Assembly (NCBI GenBank): GCA_003707115.1
Contig: PPNB01000009.1
Span: forward strand, 124,001-188,000
Length of the DNA stretch: 64,000 nucleotides
Direction: 5' to 3'
Source: Tortispora ganteri
Taxonomy: Eukaryota
In this document: positions 1 to 10,588 of the stretch, piece after piece
Numbering within the stretch: the stretch's first letter is position 1
Layout: the number at the start of each line of letters is the position of its first letter
Notes under the pieces: model-generated
The model's input: the letters and a program-made list of their open reading frames with translations, nothing else
Told to the model about the DNA's origin: nothing
The model's database searches: none
Translations under genes and position numbers: made by a program

Positions 1-268
1 TTGAAGGAGATCGAGAGTAGGACGTGAAAGTCGTACGTGGAGGAGGAGTTTGCACTGCTGCTGGAAGCGAGGATTTCGAGAGGCGCGAAGGGACATGATA
101 AGGCGCTGGACGAAGACGAACGTGTCTAGCGGATCTGACACTTGCTGATTTATGAGGGGAAGAGGTTCTGTTGGGTCCGAGTTTTTCAGGAGTGCGGAGA
201 GTGTTGTCAATAGTTGATAGTTTTAGAGTAGACACCTGTGGGTTCGAAACGACATCGTTGTGCGACAT
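1..268 (-). CDS. 5' part of an unidentified protein-coding gene running off the left edge (S/P/T/R-rich N-terminus)
   Basis: Hand translation: ATG at 268 opens a frame with no stop for 89 codons to position 1 (MSHNDVVSNPQVSTLKLSTIDNTLRTPEKLGPNRTSSPHKSASVRSARHVRLRPAPYHVPSRLSKSSLPAAVQTPPPRTTFTSYSRSPS...). Absent from the ORF track because it is truncated. Confidence 0.6.
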   Translation of the reverse strand, partial: MSHNDVVSNPQVSTLKLSTIDNTLRTPEKLGPNRTSSPHKSASVRSARHVRLRPAPYHVPSRLSKSSLPAAVQTPPPRTTFTSYSRSPS

Positions 269-684
269 TTACGCAGTATATTTATGACTGTCTGTGTGTA
301 TATAAGGTGACAGTAAAAAAAAGGAGTAGAAATCTGTATGACGAGAGAGATAAAGATTAACGTCGAACTTGTAATGTGCAATACCTAAAAAACGTAGAAA
401 AGTAAAGTGTTGGTTTGGTGGTAGTTGATGTTATGGTTGCTATGCGGGAGAGAAAGCAGTTGATTTAACGAGACGGAAGACGAAACGCCCAACAAGGAGG
501 GTGAGGGTTGAGTCACTCAAAAAGACGATCGTTGCTATGATAAGACTGATTATATCTTTAAGTGGTTAAGATTGAGTCAAAGCGGTGGGCTATTGAAGTC
601 GCGGAGAGTGGGCAGTAGACTATTGGGTGGGGTTGATGAAAAGTAATTAGGCTGACGATCGAAGCAGTGACGGTATACGGGCGA

Positions 685-727
685 GCTAGTATGCAAGCTA
701 GTATGCAAGCTAGTATGCGAGCCAGTA
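685..727. repeat. Tandem minisatellite, 12-bp unit GCTAGTATGCAA, about 3.5 copies
   Basis: gctagtatgcaa gctagtatgcaa gctagtatgcga gccagta, read directly. Confidence 0.9.
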
Positions 728-2878
728 CTGGACAAAGGTTATGGTGATGAACCTGCGCAATAGATCGACAATAGTAGAGCGATATCGATTTAATTGCGGG
801 ATGATTTTTTTAGGTGATGATTTCGATTAAAGTGCGTTTTTGAAACGACCTTGACCCGACGGGCCTAAGGCAAGTAGAAAGTTAAACTGGAAAATTGAAA
901 TTAAAAGCTAAATCTGACCTAAACTAAAATTGTCAGTTGAAAAGCAATTGAATCATTGAAATGTTGATTTCAGAATCAAAAAAGTGCAAAACCATCTGTT
1001 AATTGGATAAATAAATCCATATTATAAGCTTAGACTTTTCTTTTTTGTGCTTTTCAGTTCCATTTCAGATCAGACAGCTGCAGAGAGAGAGAGAGGCAAA
1101 TGCAAAGAAAAAAGCGTTTGTATCGGTACTGTAATTTTGCCATTCTATACTTTCACTTTACTTAGCTAATCGTTTAAAAAGGGTTCATAGACATATTCTA
1201 TTTTCATTGCTTATACTTTCTATAAGAACCTCGCACAAATGTACAAGTTCCAACGCATTTGCTGCTTATTTTGTTACTGGTTTGCGTACTTTTCACATCC
1301 GTTATCTCGATTCGTTCTGACATTACCGGACCTAGCCGTATGAGAACTCTAATTGTATTATCTAACCAATCGCGCTTTGTGTAGTGCATCTCTTGTCTGG
1401 TCGGCCATCGACAAACACTACCTGAGCACCTGCACTGTCTTCTGCTATCCCCCCGTTTCAGTTGTACTTGACAATATATGCTGTCCAATCACTATTAGGT
1501 CATTTATTTAGGTGCAAGCGCAGCGGCCGCGAACATATACTCAAATTGAACGATCTTATCTTTTGAAATTATCGGATTATCTCTATCCATTCCCGAGGCT
1601 GCAATATTTCCATAACCTTATTCCCTATTATGAATCAATCATGTGCAGGGTAACCTCGCTAGTTTCCTCTGTTACTGTTAGAATCACCTGCATCTACCGT
1701 CGAAAGCGATTAGCGCCACTCATTTATATTGCTAAATATCTGAATATTTCAATCATCTATTACACTCAAATATCCGATATATCTATGTCTCGACTAGTTG
1801 CATTTATCTTACCCGATACAATTATGCATCAATATTTCGAGAACTCTATTCTTCTATAATGTCTCGCATTTGAGAGTCGCAAGCTAATTCCCACCCTTAT
1901 TCTTTAGATATTATTGGTCACACAGAGACTCTCGCGAAACCTTCACTTAAATAAAACGTTCTCAATAAGCTTTAATTCCTGTTAAGTTGCCGTATTCGCA
2001 ATTACTTCTCCGTTATATTCTACCCTTCGGAACCCCATATTTCGACATTTTATGCGCTCTAAACTACAAAATTCAACTCAAAATTCAATATAGAGCACCT
2101 CTATTAAAATCGAAATATGTGCAAATTGCAAGCAACGCCATTTAAATATACTAAAATTGCTCTATCTATTGGTAAGAGATCCCACGCATCCCCTACCCCT
2201 GTTTCTCTCGCAATGGGTCAGAAACTTTAATTGGTTTAAGCTTTGCGACTCTTACATGGTACTCTTATCTGTACTCTAAATATATTTAAGGTTTCTTGCC
2301 TTCCCATAATTACTCCCGTAGGTCTTTCACTACGCTATCCATTCTTAACTCACCACTTTATTGCGCCTTGTTACATTGCTTTTCCGGCGGGCTTTCTTTG
2401 CCAAATAATCATCTATTGAAGTACGCAAACGCATATACCTTTGAGATATCTGGTAAACCAAAATTCTTCAAGTTTGCTCGCTAACACTTCTCTAAGCTCG
2501 CTTATTGACTCTCTTTCTTGGCCTATACTTCTTTACCTGTGCTTGAGTTTAAGAGATCGCCTGCGACTTAACCTGAGACTTCACTGCCACATCCTGCCTC
2601 TTTTAAATCTTTAAACGGTTGTTTTTGTTGCTGCCCCCTTGCTGTAGCTTTTTATTTCTCATCTCTTTCAACTCCGCTTGCACCTTACAAACCATAAACC
2701 TCTAGTCTTTCTTCGATCATAGGACTTATTTACTGCTTTCTACCCGCCTGTCCACCTTATTCTTCGCCACCTGCAATTCGCATCGCCCTATTCAGTTTTC
2801 TGCTAAATTCAGTATTTTCACACACACACCATCTCTAGATTATGCAATTGCTGATATCTACCACATTGCCAATCAATA

Positions 2879-5458
2879 ATGTCTAATAGCAAAGCTACAT
2901 CTGAAGAGAAAAATTCAGCCGATCCTGGCTCTAGCTCTTCTCCAACCGATATCCCACCCTCAGACGACAAGGGTCTAGATCCTCTTTCTACAACTGCCGA
3001 CGGATCGAATAATTCTTCTACACCTTCCGGTGTCACTCAAGCAATTAGATCCCGCTTGAATTTCACCGACGATGCCACATGGCGTAAATTCTCAGCTAGA
3101 CGTCTTGAACTCATCGACTCCATGTCTTTATCTACCCGCAAGGCTTCAGAACAAGAAAAGGAGATACGTAAGGTTGCAGAAACGCTTTGTGTCGAATTTG
3201 GATTCTCCACTAACGCCGTGCCCGACTTCGATAAACTTGTCAGAGCCGCTATTCAATCAGCCAGACGAAACCGCAAACGCGTACCAAAATCAAAATTAAA
3301 GCAACATTTACAAGTACAGCAGTATATCCCGCAAGGTAACGCTATTCCTCCATCTTCCGTCTATGGAAATCAAATGTACTACAATGCTCTTACTCCTCCT
3401 CAATACGGCGTACCCTTCTCAAGCTCTGAAACAACAACAGCTACAGCTTCACCGAATAACTCAGTGAGCTCTCCAAAAGTGCCTTTACATTCTCAATCTT
3501 TCTCTTTTTCGCGCAGCTCATCTTCTCAGTTTTTGCATTATAATGATTCTGGAGTGTCCAATCAGTTGCAGATGGCTGCTTCTGTCCCGTCCGCTCCAAC
3601 TTCTTCTTCCAACACTGCCGCTACTTCTCCAACTGCGACCTATCCTGGCAAATCTCATTCCTCACCACCTTCAAAAAGGCGTCGTTCAGTTATCATGAAC
3701 TATGACCGTCAAAATTCGTCTTACAGTGAAAATAACACTTATGACATGTCACCATCCGCTTCTGCTCCGTCTTCCTATTCCACTCCCTATTCTATCTCAA
3801 GGCGACCCTCTGGAATAGCACCTCTCATGCGCATATCCTCTCAAAATCCTGGAGACCCACATTCTTCACTACCTTATACTCCTCCTACTCAAGGTTTTGC
3901 TTCTCATGATGATAGACCGGACTATTTTCAATCTGAACTCAGCGGCTCCTCGAATTCTTCCGCAGCGCACAACGGCATAATAGAGCTCTACAATAAAGGT
4001 AGACTGATAAAATCACTTGTTAAGCCTACGAGGTTTACCCTTGTTGAACTAAAAAGAGAAGCATCAACAGCGTTAAATCATTTGCCAGAGTCGCAACTCC
4101 CTTCAGGCTCAATCTCGTACGCGTTTACTGTCCCTGTGCCGGGTTCTGTCAATGTTCCGATACTAACGGACCTTGATCTTTTCAACGCACTGAGGAATTA
4201 TTTCACGCGAATTGAGGTGTCCATAACCAGTCAGCAATCAGGTTCTATGCACAGTTCTTCGGCTATAAAATCGAATAACAGTTCTACTATTGGAACAAAT
4301 CCTTCCAAAGTTTCTATTGACTTTCTGGTTTCTGATAATCAATCTGAATATAAACCGGATTCCACCAGTCTACCACAGTCTTTGACTTCAGATGCCACTA
4401 ATGGTCCTTCCCTAGGTACATCGCCTGTTACAGCTACCACCAATACTGATGATAACAATAATCTACCCCCTATATCGAAGCTTAATCTTTATTCAGTGTC
4501 TGGACCTAACTCTGATAGCCCGGAATTGGCTAATGAATATCTTGATAATCTAGATAAGATCATTCCTTACCTTCGGAAACACATCCCCAGTCAAAGTTCT
4601 GACTGCCTGGAATCGTACCTAAAGTCACTGAATTCAACTGAACTGACTCCTTCCTCCTCGACGACCTCATTATCTACTGCTAAGAATTTGTCAAACGACC
4701 AATGGGCAGTTGATGGAATGGGCCGCAGTGTGATATTGTCTGCCTTTTCATTTACTATAGACCGGTTTTATTCTGACGTTCCTTCTGCTTTACTTTCGGG
4801 AATAAATCAAGTTACATTAAGTGATGCGATTTTAGCCATAGTCGCCGAACTCTGTGAAGACCGAGGCACTGATGGTCAGGCTGCCAGTGACAATGGCAGT
4901 AATATAGAATCTTTTAGATTTTCTCTAGGGAAATGTGCTAAGCAGTTTGGCTTTGATCCAATAGTTCACGCTTTATCAGACATCTACAAGGAAATTATAC
5001 GTTGTTTACTAGATATGGAGAAAGCAGGAAATCAGCCAAGCACAGATGAGATTAAGATCCACATCCATTACAAGGATGGCAAGTGGGAAAGGCATGCCAC
5101 TACTACTTTCAGTTCTGCAAAACACATTACTATAGATCAGCTAAACTCAGATGCGCGAACTATGTTTCAGATCCCGAGCAATGCTAAGATCAGACTTGAA
5201 TTGTCCTCTACAGGAGAGCCGCTTCTGGTGAACACAGATCTGTTACAGGCATGTGCACATTCTCATGGAGAGCTTTCAGTAATAGTTACTACTGAAACTT
5301 CTACGCTCTTCCCTGATCCGAGGTCATTTAAACCCAGCTCATCAATATGGGGCCACAATGCTGGCTTGAACCCGCCTAGCGGTAAGTCTGGTGCAACTAC
5401 GTCAGTCGCTCTTTCTTCAGCATCATTTGCTCCGTCTTTGAGGAGTTCTGATAATTGA
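2879..5458 (+). CDS. VHR1: Vhr1-family transcription factor
   Basis: The N-terminal block GVTQAIRSRLNFTDDATWRKFSARRLELIDSMSLSTRKASEQ...FDKLVRAAIQSARRNRKR matches the Vhr1 DNA-binding domain; a later LGKCAKQFGFD block also resembles Vhr1. Confidence 0.85.
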   Translation: MSNSKATSEEKNSADPGSSSSPTDIPPSDDKGLDPLSTTADGSNNSSTPSGVTQAIRSRLNFTDDATWRKFSARRLELIDSMSLSTRKASEQEKEIRKVAETLCVEFGFSTNAVPDFDKLVRAAIQSARRNRKRVPKSKLKQHLQVQQYIPQGNAIPPSSVYGNQMYYNALTPPQYGVPFSSSETTTATASPNNSVSSPKVPLHSQSFSFSRSSSSQFLHYNDSGVSNQLQMAASVPSAPTSSSNTAATSPTATYPGKSHSSPPSKRRRSVIMNYDRQNSSYSENNTYDMSPSASAPSSYSTPYSISRRPSGIAPLMRISSQNPGDPHSSLPYTPPTQGFASHDDRPDYFQSELSGSSNSSAAHNGIIELYNKGRLIKSLVKPTRFTLVELKREASTALNHLPESQLPSGSISYAFTVPVPGSVNVPILTDLDLFNALRNYFTRIEVSITSQQSGSMHSSSAIKSNNSSTIGTNPSKVSIDFLVSDNQSEYKPDSTSLPQSLTSDATNGPSLGTSPVTATTNTDDNNNLPPISKLNLYSVSGPNSDSPELANEYLDNLDKIIPYLRKHIPSQSSDCLESYLKSLNSTELTPSSSTTSLSTAKNLSNDQWAVDGMGRSVILSAFSFTIDRFYSDVPSALLSGINQVTLSDAILAIVAELCEDRGTDGQAASDNGSNIESFRFSLGKCAKQFGFDPIVHALSDIYKEIIRCLLDMEKAGNQPSTDEIKIHIHYKDGKWERHATTTFSSAKHITIDQLNSDARTMFQIPSNAKIRLELSSTGEPLLVNTDLLQACAHSHGELSVIVTTETSTLFPDPRSFKPSSSIWGHNAGLNPPSGKSGATTSVALSSASFAPSLRSSDN

Positions 5459-5657
5459 TGGTTATGTTATTTTATAGATTTTCTACTTCTACTTTGAGTA
5501 TTGATACGTAATTCTTTGTCAGTTGCCATTCTCTGTCGAAGGATGGATTTTCACACGCATTATAGGTTCAAAGATTACATTAGTGTGCTTTAATGTTAGA
5601 TTCGTAATAGTCATTGGTGTATGATACTATACAATGCATTTTTTTTCTCGGTTTGCG

Positions 5658-7104
5658 CTAAGATGAGAATGAATGTGAGAAGGATGCTTTCCTGTTCTCA
5701 TATAATGTAGGTTCTTTGCCGTTATTAGATTTGGTAATTTTCTTAGGCCACATTGGAGCCGGGTCAATCTCAGACCGGGGATATAGCCATTCAAGAATAT
5801 AATACAAAAGGCAATCAACAATGATGACAAGAATAAACAGTTTTCCGGCCCATATTCCGCAGCCGTAATATCGCGTCAAGCGATTAACTAATGGCTCGTG
5901 TAGCGTTTCATTATCAATAGAATTGTAAACTCTGAGAGTTCGTTGTGCGACGTCACTCCATTGATACATTTTCTCAATTTGACGATGAAACTCGTATGGG
6001 TCAATTTTGCGCCGTGGGTTAATATGAAACCTGTTTTCTTGAACAATTTCAATTGCTTCCGAAACAGCGTCTACTAGGTCGTTCTCTGAGGGTTGTGAAT
6101 AGACCGTCATATGCGGAGGAAGTACTTCAGGAATACCGCCCACTTTAGTGGTGACGACAAGAAGTCCACATGACGCCGCTTCGACTAAGACTGTGCCAAA
6201 TGCCTCTGTTAAAGTAGGATGTAAGTATATTTGGCCCTTGACCATGAGGTTTCTGACATCTTCGTGCCGGACACTACCCAAAAGCTGGACACGTTCTTGG
6301 AGCTGGTAGCGTTCGCGCATCTGTTCTAAGTCGATTTCTTTCGGACCGCTTCCTGCTACTATGAAACGCACCATGGGATGTCTCTGGCAGATTTTTGGTA
6401 TTACAACCGCTAGGAGATCGGCGCCTTTGTTGGCATAGAGTCTTGATATGACGACAATGGTTATGAACTCTTTAGAGGCCTTTGAGGGGTCGGGCATGAA
6501 ATTCGGGGACAATACTGCGTTTGGTATAACTGATACATTTGAAGGATCAAGACTGGCTCGAAGGACTGTATTCTCCTTGCACGTGTGTGAGACACATATA
6601 ACGTGGCCGACATCTGACAGGCAAAACTTAAGAACCTTGTTGCCGAGGATAGATCCTGCATCAGCGAATCCGAATAGAGAATGATCAGTAAAGACTGTCC
6701 GCAATCCCATTGTTCGTGCGTGGAATATACATTCAAGACATAAAGAAGATAAAGATGCATGGCCGTGAACTATGTGTATGTTTTCGCGTATGAGGATTTG
6801 ACGAAGGATAGGGAACTGTGTCCAGAAAGCAGGGAATGTTGTGTTTCTATATAAAACAAATGCAGGTATATAGTATGCTTTTAGTCCATTGGTCAGGTAC
6901 CGTATTCCGGTCCGGTCACCGTAAGCGTGTGTTATTATTATGACATGATGGCCTAAGTTGATCAATTGTTGTGAGAGTTGGTACATATGACTTTCAATAC
7001 CACCTGGTTGCGGATAAAAATAATCAGATACCATACTATTAATTGTTAGATTATATGTTCATATATAGAGAAGTATTAAATACTTACGCAATATTGTAGA
7101 TCAT
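5658..7104 (-). CDS. SPT14: GPI-GlcNAc transferase catalytic subunit (PIG-A/Gpi3); two exons 7104-7088 and 7035-5658, intron 7087-7036
   Basis: Motifs DYFYPQPGGIESH and TEAFG..VEAASCGL (GT4 glycosyltransferase). The intron GTAAGT...CTAAC...TAG (52 nt) joins MIYNI-A to MVSD, giving the family-typical N-terminus. Confidence 0.93.
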
Positions 7105-7294
7105 GATGAGTATCAGGTGGTGGTGGGGTGGTGGGTGTGGTGTGTAAAGGATAGGTCAAGTATGGTGCGTCACTTGCTGGAGTAGGTAAGTATAGGTGTA
7201 TGTGATAATGCAAAAACTAAGCGCACAATATGAGAATAAAACTCAAGAGGAAAAAGTAAAGTCATTTTTTGTTATAGCGCTTTTTGCTAGTAAA

Positions 7295-9076
7295 TCAGAT
7301 ATCTGTCGGTTCAGTCATGGTCTCGCGCAGAATTTGGACTTGCTCCCACACCTCGGGAGCAAGGTCCATATCATTAAGGTAAGGATCCAGTTCGATGAGA
7401 ATGTCTCTGAAACATGATGCTACCGATTTGAGCGATGATTCAAATGTCTTCAGTTTCCCTGTGTTTACTGGACCTGATTTAGTATCAGGGTCGGCCCAAT
7501 GAAGAGGCGGGTCAGCAAGGTACTGGTCCATAGCATTCATTACCTCACAGTAGGACTGTAAGATACGCGGTATTTCTGCTTGCACTATACCCACAGAATC
7601 TTCTTCGAGTGAATGAATTATAAAAGATGCAAGAGCGTAGACCGACATCTTAAACAAATAAGGATTGGCTACTATGTCAGCAGATCTGAATCTTAGGAGA
7701 TGTCTGAATGGCAATCCAATAGGCTGGTCTATGATCTTAGTCAGCAAATGCATGCCCGAATCATGTATTTTAGATATCAACACCTTAACTCTTGATATTT
7801 TTTCTTCAACCAGTTTTGAGATAGCAGGATCCGTAGTTTGCGTTGCACTGAGAAGCTTGCTGGTCTTACCGTTATCTTTATATTTGAGAACATCTTGAGA
7901 GCTTCGTAGTTTTAATCTTGGGACATTCAACGGCGGTTTTTGTAAATTAGCAGTTTCGAGCTGGTTTTGTATTTCCTTTACAGGAGGCCTTAAAGTGTTA
8001 AGCGGTTGGGTCATTATTTTCAAGCATTTGTTGCAGATTTCAACCCATAAAGGGACTTTATGATCAAGATCATTGAAAATAGATTTTCGACGCGTTGGTT
8101 TCTCTTCGTAGCCGATAAGTACGAGTTCCTGGAATGCGACTATTTGTGAAAGAGGGCGTTTATCATCGTAAAGCCCAGATATTAATGTAAGATTCGGCTG
8201 AGAAGAATACTCACTGATATAGTGGCCTCGATGCTGTGGGCCAAGTGTCATGTATACAGTAAAGGAGAAGTTGCATACCTCCCAAGTCAAAAAGGTGAAC
8301 AATGACGTGTATAGGCACAGAGCAAAAAGAAACACACCAAAAGGAAACTGGTAGTAGCCCTCAGAGTAGTGAAGTGTGTAGAAGATCTTCGCGATGTGCA
8401 CTGACCATAGCCAGAGAGGTCTTCTAAATATCAAGTACACCACGGGAGAAGTCAGAGTAGTAACTACGGCCATAACAGCCGAAGATCCTAGTAAAAAGTA
8501 TTTGCTGCTGAGTATTCGCGGACCTGGCGGTTTGAATGTGGATGGAAACTTTAGCACGTCGTAAGATCGCACTAGATGCACAATCGTATATACAAAGGCC
8601 ATGTATAACGAGAAGAACCGCATATAGACATATGTCTCATTTAATCGAGCAGTTTCAAATGATCTTGGCTTTATTGTTACTTCGTTTGAACTTGATCGCC
8701 ACAACAGAAATAAATTTCCAGTAAACGCGCATAGGCTGTAAACCGCGAGCGCTTGGTAGGTAGAAGAGGAAAAGGCTGCTTTGACGACATATCTGAAATA
8801 AGAGTGTTCAACTTTGGGCACAACCGCCAGTTTTGCTTTTCGAAATATTAACAGCGGAAATAGCATTATTACAAACATGAGGGCATTAAACGGCAATATG
8901 CGGGACCATAATCCGCTGTGTAAACTGAACAGTGCATTAAGGACATAGCAAAACAGGAACATGAACATACACAGTTTGGCAAATCTAGACTGCAATATCG
9001 AAGAGTGCAGCATGTGATACTTTAAAACTGCATCATCCTCACGGTTTGCAGTACTATTTTGAAGTCTCGGAGGCAT
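7295..9076 (-). CDS. NDC1: Nucleoporin / spindle pole body membrane protein Ndc1
   Basis: Several N-terminal TM segments, RLNETY, LISGL...AFQEL...RRKSIF and SLEEDSVGIVQ motifs. The first ATG is at 9076 (the track begins at an upstream GTG, 9190). Confidence 0.8.
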   Translation of the reverse strand: MPPRLQNSTANREDDAVLKYHMLHSSILQSRFAKLCMFMFLFCYVLNALFSLHSGLWSRILPFNALMFVIMLFPLLIFRKAKLAVVPKVEHSYFRYVVKAAFSSSTYQALAVYSLCAFTGNLFLLWRSSSNEVTIKPRSFETARLNETYVYMRFFSLYMAFVYTIVHLVRSYDVLKFPSTFKPPGPRILSSKYFLLGSSAVMAVVTTLTSPVVYLIFRRPLWLWSVHIAKIFYTLHYSEGYYQFPFGVFLFALCLYTSLFTFLTWEVCNFSFTVYMTLGPQHRGHYISEYSSQPNLTLISGLYDDKRPLSQIVAFQELVLIGYEEKPTRRKSIFNDLDHKVPLWVEICNKCLKIMTQPLNTLRPPVKEIQNQLETANLQKPPLNVPRLKLRSSQDVLKYKDNGKTSKLLSATQTTDPAISKLVEEKISRVKVLISKIHDSGMHLLTKIIDQPIGLPFRHLLRFRSADIVANPYLFKMSVYALASFIIHSLEEDSVGIVQAEIPRILQSYCEVMNAMDQYLADPPLHWADPDTKSGPVNTGKLKTFESSLKSVASCFRDILIELDPYLNDMDLAPEVWEQVQILRETMTEPTDI

Positions 9077-9339
9077 CTCTCGGCTTCTAAATGGTGAAAT
9101 AAACTGCTGCAGGGTTTCCGCACGTTTATAATGAAAGTGGTGGTTGCATCGATCATGTTCAGAGAAGTAACCGTTGCTATACCAACACACGCCTGTATAG
9201 CTCTGCGCGCAAAATTTCGCGTATTATTTAAAGTTTGGTAATGTCAATAAACACCTAAGAGTCACACCAACTCCATTTTCCACCGCAATTGGCGTTTGAC
9301 TTATCAGATCACCATACACCTCCATTTAAGCTCTACTCA

Positions 9340-10467
9340 ATGTCTGAGAAGCCTACACTGAGCAAGTATGTCTCCAATGGAGAATACCCTGCGATTCGCA
9401 ACGACTGGACAAGTACGCAGCGAGCTGGCATAAACAGAGAATTGAAGCGACCGCTAGGAAGCGATCTATTTTCAAAACGCCCTGGTGCCGGTGGCGCAAT
9501 GTATCGGTACCTAGAAGTGGGAAACTCGTTTCGCCTAGCAAATGATATTTTCGGATTTGATGGATGGAGTTCACAGATCTTGCAGCTTACTACTGAACAT
9601 GTTGAACAACTTAAGTCCGGCTACATAATTGTGTCTACTGCCGTTGTACGGATAATTCTTCGTGACGGTACTACCCGTGAGGACACCGGCGTCGGAATTT
9701 GCGAAAACATGAGGAATTTTGGCACAGCTTTTGATAAGTCCCGTAAATCTGCCATATCCGACGGCTACAAACGCTGTTTTAAGCAGTTCGGTGATAGCCT
9801 TGGTAATTTTGCGCACGCTTCTACCGTTTCTTTCCCTGATTTCGCTCCGCGGGCTCTCGCAGGTGACCCTGCTAATATAGGACCTTACGAAGTCAAGCTT
9901 GAAGATATTCCGCCTAGTCAGACCACAACAGTTACGAACTCTGCTAATGTTCCTGCTGCTGCAGTCAACAATCGTCCGGTCAGTGCACAAAAAGCCGAGA
10001 TTGGTGCTGTAATTGCGCCTATTAACGATGGATTTGATGATTTCGACTACGATTCTGATTTGGAATTTGATGATTTGCCTCCTCCGATTCCAGTACTCAC
10101 GACGATTAACACACCTGCAGAACTCGAAAGCCCTAAAATCACTATCGAAGACCCAAATATTACGACATCTCCTCAGGCTATTTCGAATCAAGTCACTTTT
10201 GTTTCCGCAAAGAACGCAGATAAACTGGACTCAGCCACTGCTTTTGATCCTCATTTTCAATCCCCAAATATTCCGCGCTCCAAAAATATTGATCATTCGG
10301 TTTCCAAGCCGATAACACGCGCATCTATATCACAGGAAGTAACTACACCATTACGCTCCGCTAATTCTACTCGTTATAGGTCGCCTTTGGTCCCTAGAAC
10401 AGAAAACAGGTCGCCAAATGACTCTGATTCTGGTATGGAGTCGGCTAAAAAGGCAAGACTCAGATAA
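9340..10467 (+). CDS. RAD52: Rad52/Rad22 family DNA annealing/recombination protein
   Basis: SKRPGAGG..YRYLE...LANDIFGFDGWSS...LRDGT.REDTGVG...AFDKSRKSAISDGYKR...FGDSLGN, plus C-terminal FVSA and FDPHFQSP motifs; first ATG at 9340. Confidence 0.9.
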   Translation: MSEKPTLSKYVSNGEYPAIRNDWTSTQRAGINRELKRPLGSDLFSKRPGAGGAMYRYLEVGNSFRLANDIFGFDGWSSQILQLTTEHVEQLKSGYIIVSTAVVRIILRDGTTREDTGVGICENMRNFGTAFDKSRKSAISDGYKRCFKQFGDSLGNFAHASTVSFPDFAPRALAGDPANIGPYEVKLEDIPPSQTTTVTNSANVPAAAVNNRPVSAQKAEIGAVIAPINDGFDDFDYDSDLEFDDLPPPIPVLTTINTPAELESPKITIEDPNITTSPQAISNQVTFVSAKNADKLDSATAFDPHFQSPNIPRSKNIDHSVSKPITRASISQEVTTPLRSANSTRYRSPLVPRTENRSPNDSDSGMESAKKARLR

Positions 10468-10588
10468 ATGTGCTACTGCGTTGGTATTTCTGCTAACATC
10501 AATGTCGAATCTTTCTGCCATGGGGTATGTGTGGTAACTGTTAGCTCAGGTAAGTAATATATATACATATGTGCTTGTTATTGTCTCG

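Noticed and set aside
238..256. GGTTCGAAAC resembling a tRNA B-box/T-loop
   Set aside because: No cloverleaf or acceptor stem, and it lies inside the probable minus-strand CDS.
1204..2484. Short ORFs 1204-1488, 1512-1859 and 2296-2484
   Set aside because: Non-ATG starts, no recognisable motifs, and composition like intergenic DNA.
9571..10191. 206-codon antisense ORF within RAD52 (similarly 38839-39492 in CMR2, 46056-46511 in SDA1, 52811-53167 in RPS11)
   Set aside because: Shadow frames of well-supported genes, explained by codon bias.
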